Source of the DNA: an uncultured archaeon
GTDB lineage: Archaea; Asgardarchaeota; Lokiarchaeia; Sigyniarchaeales; SOKP01
DNA length: 39,642 nucleotides
Direction of reading: 5' to 3'
Assembly: GCA_964508365.1 (NCBI GenBank)
Contig: CAZDTP010000037.1
Location: 1-39,642, forward strand
Part shown: piece after piece, positions 34,193-39,642 of the stretch
Position numbering within the stretch: the first letter of the stretch is position 1
How the letters are laid out: every line of letters starts with the position of its first letter
The notes under the pieces: model-generated
Databases searched by the model: none
What the model was told of the DNA's origin: nothing
What the model saw: only the letters and a program-made list of their open reading frames with translations
Translations under genes and position numbers: made by a program

Positions 34193-36757
34193 ATGAATGA
34201 ACAAAAAAGTAAAAAAACCAAAGCACATCCAATTAATTATGTCCTCTTAGCAGTATCCTTTATCGTTTTCGGAAGCCTTGGAATAGTATTTATAACCCAA
34301 ATGGAAATCCAACCCGGATGGGTATGGGAAGAAATTAAAGATGAAAATTCCATGGAACTGTTTGTCATAACTGCTGACGACCTCAATAAAGATGGTTTCA
34401 ACGATGCTATTGCTTATACTGATATTACGCGGCAAGATTCTGAGAATATAGGGAATCCAAATGACTTAACTAATTATGGAAAAATATGTGGAATAAATGG
34501 CTTGAATGGACTTAAGTTATGGGAACAGAGCTATAATAATCCGGTAAAGAGGGTGATTGAGCTTTCGGATATAAATGGTGATGGAATAAAGGATTATCTC
34601 GCTGATGTTGCCTCAGTAACTCCAGAGTGGGTAAGACCTCAACCTTTAGATAATCCTCGACCAGCAATAATTTTAGATGCATATACCAATATTATTATTT
34701 CGGGTAATAACGGTTCTGACATTCCTATTTTAACAGGGGACCTTCGAAGTTTTACGAATTTTTTTATACACGATGCGATTTACCTAGACGAAAGTAAAGC
34801 AGATCTTGTATTTATTGAGTGCAAATCAAAACCTAATGAAACAAATGAATTTTTTTATAATATTTCCTGCTATTTCGTAAATGGAACTCAATATGATACA
34901 TTCAACATAGATTTTACTTGGATTGAAGAAAAATCTATAATCCCTGCATTAGATTTATTTCCCTACGGTTCTAAAGATGAGTTGCTCTTTATAGATAAAG
35001 ATTCAATAATATTATTCAATACCAGTATTTCTAACTTCATGAATCCAATTTACAACGAAACAGTTATCGGATATAATGCTGATTATACTTATATTGAAGA
35101 TTTAAATGGAGACGATATTTTTGAGATAGCTTTAATGACAGGGCAAGGGAATGTAACAATAATTAGCGGTATTGATGGTAGTATAATTCGGATGTTTAAT
35201 ATGCCTAGTGAATGGGAACATTTTGATATTAATCAACTCGGTTCTGACGAGAGCGATATGGAAGCATACATTTTGATTAATTGTGATAATTATGATTCAA
35301 GCGATAGCCTTATGATAATATATGCTGTCACCGAGACTTCTGAAGATATTTATTGGACATTATCTGCTCTTTCATCTGAAGATACAAGGAAGGCATACAG
35401 CTTAGGGGAAGATATGGATGGAGATAGCTTAGATGAAATTATTCTCCCTGAAGAAATTCACCTTGATTATGCCACTGCAGAAGTTCGTCGTTTTAGTATA
35501 GTCAGCACACCAGATAGTAGCGTTCTTAGTATTATAAATAGCGAATATAATGTTAATAGTATGTTTCCACTCCAAGATTTAAACGGTGATGGTAAAGGTG
35601 ATTATATTTTTTCAACCTACGGAGGAGTAGCTGCGTTTGCTTCTTCAAAACCAGTTAGTATATGGCAGTCTCCACATTTCTCTTTTGGGATTCCCCTTTT
35701 TGCGATTCTTATTGCTCTATTATGCGTAGGAATATTATTAGTAATACTAAAGGGTAGGAAGATAAGTTTAAGTAGAGGCGGCGTTAAGGAACATAAACTT
35801 ACGGTCGCTGTAAATGCACTCGCTATAACTCTAATTTCCGTCACTTTCTTGTTGTTTCTAATACAACTAAATATCTTCAATAAAACGCTGATACCCAATC
35901 AAAATATGACACAGATTATCGTCAGTTTTCTAGTAGTAATTATAACATGGTATGGCGCTTTACCCTTAACCGCAGCGTTATACAATAGGTTTGCCCCTAG
36001 ATTCGCATATACCTTTGTAAAACTACGATCACTATTTTTTAAGATATCCAAAAGTTATAATACCGATATTTTAGTACTTGACATGGAGGATCGGAAAGAA
36101 ATTGGGACGGTAATCCAAATGAAAAGGATTCTTCTCCCTTTACTCCTCTCAATTGCAATTGGTTTCTATACATACGGAGCTCTTACTCCTATTCTTGACT
36201 ATCCTCAAGATTTTGAAGTTTTTGGGTCGACCGAATTTTTTCAATTTATGAACGGTTATATGCTTTGTTGCATTTTTCCAATGATTTTGACTTTTTTAGT
36301 ATTTTCGTTTTTTATTTCCGGAAATTTTCTATTAGATGACGCTGGAGTAGTCTATTTTCGTCAATCTAAAAAATACCGCCAACCAGGAGATATAGAACCG
36401 ATAAGCATATGGGCTCAATCACTCGTAAAAGGTATGGCAGGTCTTTCTGCGATATTGACATTAATAGGTTTCTTAACAACAGTGGATCTTTCAGGATTCT
36501 TTGCTGATGGTAGTAATGGAGTGAGTTTGATATTTGGAGTCTTAGTAATCATAGTTTTCTTCGCCGGGATCCCATTTTTAACCGCTTTTTCATATATATT
36601 ATTAGCGGGAGAAATAATGGAATTTTCAATGGACTTTAACATCCAGAAATTATATACATTGATGGAAAAAAAAGGATACAATACAAAACTTCGCGATATA
36701 ACCAATCTTTACCCCGATGGAAAACCTGGCTCACTCGAATCTAAAATAGAGGATTGA
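34193..36757 (+). CDS. FG-GAP/integrin-like repeat protein with N-terminal membrane anchor and multi-pass C-terminal membrane domain
   Basis: One TM near N-terminus; five Dx(N/D)xDxxxD/E loops (DLNKDGFND, DINGDGIKD, DLNGDDIFE, DMDGDSLDE, DLNGDGKGD); about seven hydrophobic segments after residue 498. Confidence 0.8.
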   Translation: MNEQKSKKTKAHPINYVLLAVSFIVFGSLGIVFITQMEIQPGWVWEEIKDENSMELFVITADDLNKDGFNDAIAYTDITRQDSENIGNPNDLTNYGKICGINGLNGLKLWEQSYNNPVKRVIELSDINGDGIKDYLADVASVTPEWVRPQPLDNPRPAIILDAYTNIIISGNNGSDIPILTGDLRSFTNFFIHDAIYLDESKADLVFIECKSKPNETNEFFYNISCYFVNGTQYDTFNIDFTWIEEKSIIPALDLFPYGSKDELLFIDKDSIILFNTSISNFMNPIYNETVIGYNADYTYIEDLNGDDIFEIALMTGQGNVTIISGIDGSIIRMFNMPSEWEHFDINQLGSDESDMEAYILINCDNYDSSDSLMIIYAVTETSEDIYWTLSALSSEDTRKAYSLGEDMDGDSLDEIILPEEIHLDYATAEVRRFSIVSTPDSSVLSIINSEYNVNSMFPLQDLNGDGKGDYIFSTYGGVAAFASSKPVSIWQSPHFSFGIPLFAILIALLCVGILLVILKGRKISLSRGGVKEHKLTVAVNALAITLISVTFLLFLIQLNIFNKTLIPNQNMTQIIVSFLVVIITWYGALPLTAALYNRFAPRFAYTFVKLRSLFFKISKSYNTDILVLDMEDRKEIGTVIQMKRILLPLLLSIAIGFYTYGALTPILDYPQDFEVFGSTEFFQFMNGYMLCCIFPMILTFLVFSFFISGNFLLDDAGVVYFRQSKKYRQPGDIEPISIWAQSLVKGMAGLSAILTLIGFLTTVDLSGFFADGSNGVSLIFGVLVIIVFFAGIPFLTAFSYILLAGEIMEFSMDFNIQKLYTLMEKKGYNTKLRDITNLYPDGKPGSLESKIED

Positions 36758-36770
36758 AGCTAATAGAACC

Positions 36771-36790
36771 CTTTTTTTATTTTTTTTTTA
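36771..36790 (+). terminator. Oligo-T archaeal-type terminator candidate
   Basis: Two long T runs just after the stop of 34193..36757, between convergent genes. Confidence 0.45.
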
Positions 36791-36895
36791 GTTGGTTATT
36801 AATTATCTTAATATTAATAAATTAGCTGAATTTAGTAAGAAATAATCGATAATATATTGAAAAAAAATAAAGCAATAAAAAAAATAGTTTTAGAA

Positions 36896-37861
36896 TTATC
36901 TTTTATGTTTCTTATTTCTAATAACAACATAAACAATTAGTACAACGAAGCTAGCTGATACTATTACTAGAATTAAATAAAATAGCCACTCTGAATTGGA
37001 ACTGGTTATCTGATAGATAATTGTATTACTTATGTCTTTTACCGTGAATGAGGCCATAATCCCTTTATCTCCATAGAATATTTCGACAGTGTAATTCGTT
37101 AAACCATAACGCTCAATTATAAGTGTAGATCCACTTACCGAAGCATTTTCACATCCAAGTTCAGCAATTAGAGATTCCAAGTAATTACTATGTGGTTCTG
37201 CGATTGCTAGTCCCTTTAATGCAAGGTGCCAAAGAAAATCATCTGCGCTTATATTTGGAAAGCTATAGGGCGAGAATTTAAAGATATTATTGTTAAGATC
37301 CTCAGCGAGGTTATTATAATCGTTCAGCATTGATTTAAAATCTAAAGGATTCTGAAAGATTATGATTCTGTCTGAATAACTCGGATTCTCCTCATAGTCA
37401 TTACTCGTATAATTCCATACAGCACGTAATCCGTACCATAAGTTATACTTATTTGTATAGTTAGCATTGATCGTAGTTTCGTTGTATTCCTGTAATTTCA
37501 TTATGTTCAAGAGTGTCAGGATTTCTCCAAAACTAAAGTACTCCGGCATAAATATTGATGTAAGAACATCGTATGTATCCCATGTGTTAACTGTCCATCC
37601 TTTTAGAGTTGTTTTGCTTTTTGCATTTGTGATATTTGCCTCTCCTTCAAACCAATCGCTCGGTGTTAAGGTGGAATCAACAGTGGTTTTCCAATCAGCG
37701 CTATTATAAAGATTTACTACGAAATCATCAGTTCCCTTTGCTAAAGTGTGTTGATACGTTGAGCTAGCTACTATCGATGTAGATAGAATTCCAATAAGAA
37801 ATAGGCTAAGTATAGTTAAACTCAATATGCTTGTTCTAGTTTTACTTTTAATTATCCTCAT
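36896..37861 (-). CDS. Predicted cell-surface (glyco)protein with signal peptide and C-terminal TM anchor
   Basis: Basic/hydrophobic N-terminus, several N-x-S/T sequons (NIT, NET, NYT, NIS, NAS), C-terminal hydrophobic helix ending in RNKKHKR; starts 1 nt after the permease stop. Confidence 0.75.
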   Translation of the reverse strand: MRIIKSKTRTSILSLTILSLFLIGILSTSIVASSTYQHTLAKGTDDFVVNLYNSADWKTTVDSTLTPSDWFEGEANITNAKSKTTLKGWTVNTWDTYDVLTSIFMPEYFSFGEILTLLNIMKLQEYNETTINANYTNKYNLWYGLRAVWNYTSNDYEENPSYSDRIIIFQNPLDFKSMLNDYNNLAEDLNNNIFKFSPYSFPNISADDFLWHLALKGLAIAEPHSNYLESLIAELGCENASVSGSTLIIERYGLTNYTVEIFYGDKGIMASFTVKDISNTIIYQITSSNSEWLFYLILVIVSASFVVLIVYVVIRNKKHKR

Positions 37862-37862
37862 T

Positions 37863-38729
37863 TTACAATTGCCTCCTTTTGAATAATAATGCTGCTAATA
37901 CAAAAAATGCTACGATATACACAAGTAATAATGTTGTTCCCATAAAGATACTAGGTGTTGCCCAAGAGCCAAATGTAAAATGGCCCCCAAAACCACCAGG
38001 ACCCATTCCACCAAATGAAAATTCGACATATCTTGGATCTGGAAATGGATTCTCGAGTACTGAAGTAATTAGTTTTCCTAGATATGCCAAAGAGTATAGA
38101 GGTTCAAATGTATCAGCAAATACTAGTGTAACAATCTGATCAGCTATATTAAATCCCATAAGAAGTATTATCAAAGTTATAATGATTGTTATGTTTACAT
38201 TTTTCATAAAAGAACTAAATAGGGTAACAAAGCTACTTAGAGCAATTACGTATAGTATGGCAAAACCATATGAATAGAAGATTCGAATATTAATTGGTCC
38301 ACCATAATATAGAAACCCAAGAAACCCAAGAATTAAATAGTATACCGTAACAATGAATATCACAAGAATTAGATTTCCAAGATATTTCCCTAGTATCAAT
38401 TTATATTTATTTATTTTTGGAAAAACTATAAAGCCTGTTTTTTTATCAAATTCAGAACAAATTATTCCCGAAAAAAATAAACACGCCGCAAATAAGGTTA
38501 TGAACGAGATAAAACTTAAACCGCCACTAAAGAACTCTGCTTGTGTATCTGACAAAAGATAGCCTGGGAACAGCTGCAGTATATAGCCTAATAAAATTGC
38601 AATTAGAATTGCAACAACCGTAAAGAAGTATAACTTTTTTGTCTGCGTTTTCATTTCAAAGACTATTGTGTGATATATTGGTGTTATTCCAATAAGAGAT
38701 TCATTTTCATTACTCATTTTTAAAATCAT
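37863..38729 (-). CDS. ABC-2 type transporter permease
   Basis: About six TM helices, IICSEFDKKTG and ILGKYLG motifs; likely start ATG 38717 overlapping the ATPase stop. Confidence 0.85.
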   Translation of the reverse strand: MILKMSNENESLIGITPIYHTIVFEMKTQTKKLYFFTVVAILIAILLGYILQLFPGYLLSDTQAEFFSGGLSFISFITLFAACLFFSGIICSEFDKKTGFIVFPKINKYKLILGKYLGNLILVIFIVTVYYLILGFLGFLYYGGPINIRIFYSYGFAILYVIALSSFVTLFSSFMKNVNITIIITLIILLMGFNIADQIVTLVFADTFEPLYSLAYLGKLITSVLENPFPDPRYVEFSFGGMGPGGFGGHFTFGSWATPSIFMGTTLLLVYIVAFFVLAALLFKRRQL

Positions 38730-39642
38730 CTCCGTTTAATTTATTTGATCCTTCTGGTGTATCACCTATTACCATTTGTGAATAGACTCTTTCTAGTTGA
38801 GTTGTTTTTGGTTGAGTAAATGATACTACTGTGAAATCTGACTCGAATTCCTTAACTAAAATTTTTAATATTTCGCCTTTAGATACGGTCTTTCCATCAA
38901 AATACAGTTTCAATCCTTGATGTTCTGAATGATACTGTATAGGAATCTTTGATATTTTTGGATCTAAATTCTGATCCAAATAAGGATTAAGTTTTTCAAC
39001 CATTCGATTAAGTAAAGGAGCTAATTTCTCAGCATCAAGTGGTTTTAGTAGTAGGCAATTTATCTCGCTTGTTTTTAAGGTAAGTGCTAGGTTTTCAACA
39101 GTATCGAATCCTATTATTTTACCAAAATTTATTAATGCTATTTTATCACACACTTCAGAAATTTCGTAGAGCATGTGTGAAGCTACAAAGATAGTTTTTC
39201 CCAATGATTGAAGTTCTCTGATATATCTACGTATTTCTATTCTCGCAAGTGGGTCTAATCCCGTTTGTGGCTCGTCTAATATTATTATCTCCGGATCGTG
39301 TAAGATTGCTTGAATGATTCCTAACTTTTGCGTCATACCCTTAGAATAGTTCCTAACCTTTTCATACTTCCATTCTGATAGTTTAAAGAGCTCTAAAAGT
39401 TCATCGATTCTATTTTCTATTTTATCTTTTGGATATCTCTGAATTTTTGCAAAGTACTTGAGTAATTGATACGCTGTCATATTGTAAAAATTAGGTATAT
39501 CGATTAAGAAGCCAATCTGGCTAACTGTACTTGATACATGTTGCAAGTCCCTTAATTCGCTATGGTTCGTCCTAATTAATATTTTCCCTGAATCTGGTCT
39601 GAGAATTTTTGCAATCATCTTGATTGTTGTCGTTTTTCCAGC
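38710..39642 (-). CDS. ABC transporter ATP-binding subunit (5' end truncated by window edge)
   Basis: Frame stays open to the edge: AGKTTTIKM (end of Walker A), YSKGMTQK signature, ILDEPQTGLDP Walker B/D-loop, VASH. Confidence 0.93.
   Translation of the reverse strand, partial: AGKTTTIKMIAKILRPDSGKILIRTNHSELRDLQHVSSTVSQIGFLIDIPNFYNMTAYQLLKYFAKIQRYPKDKIENRIDELLELFKLSEWKYEKVRNYSKGMTQKLGIIQAILHDPEIIILDEPQTGLDPLARIEIRRYIRELQSLGKTIFVASHMLYEISEVCDKIALINFGKIIGFDTVENLALTLKTSEINCLLLKPLDAEKLAPLLNRMVEKLNPYLDQNLDPKISKIPIQYHSEHQGLKLYFDGKTVSKGEILKILVKEFESDFTVVSFTQPKTTQLERVYSQMVIGDTPEGSNKLNGDDFKNE

Noticed and set aside
356-37709. Numerous short antisense ORFs in the track (e.g. 1241..1714, 7156..7542, 33218..33571, 33565..33882, 35617..35898)
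   Set aside because: All lie opposite well-supported genes, have no motifs, and are expected shadow frames
1-39642. CRISPR array, tRNA, rRNA, transposase or integrase
   Set aside because: No regularly spaced direct repeats, no GC-rich structured segment, and no DDE/tyrosine-recombinase motifs were seen

Overview
This is a gene-dense, visibly AT-rich prokaryotic window. It reads as archaeal: GGTGA/GAGGT-type ribosome-binding sites, oligo-T tracts after genes, and split purS/purQ/purL. The style and length of the hypothetical and membrane proteins suggest an Asgard (Lokiarchaeia-like) genome, but that is inference without a database search. In order it holds: a tandem pair of VIT1/CCC1 transporters; a 2-hydroxyacyl-CoA dehydratase-family locus (ATP-dependent activator, two Fe-S subunits, and a third paralogous subunit beyond an inverted AT-rich orphan); a GH13 glycosidase; an amino-sugar cluster (stand-alone GlmU-type acetyltransferase, glmS, nagB-like, glmM-like); an alkyl-DHAP-synthase-like flavoprotein + CCG Fe-S protein + FGGY kinase operon; an alpha/beta hydrolase; a MazG-like pyrophosphatase; purC and purSQL; two HAD phosphatases; a GNAT; a PadR-Hsp20 pair with a palindromic operator; a large FG-GAP-repeat multi-pass membrane protein; and an ABC ATPase/permease/surface-protein operon cut by the right edge. 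I saw no rRNA, tRNA, CRISPR array or transposase. Best leads: the integrin-like propeller fused to about 7 TM helices, the AGPS-like operon with a Cys-to-Glu Fe-S motif, a conserved N-terminus lacking a canonical in-frame start (ACG at 7199, or a -1 shift/missing A), the split GlmU with divergent glmS/nagB, and the PadR-Hsp20 unit with a strand-asymmetric RNA stem downstream.
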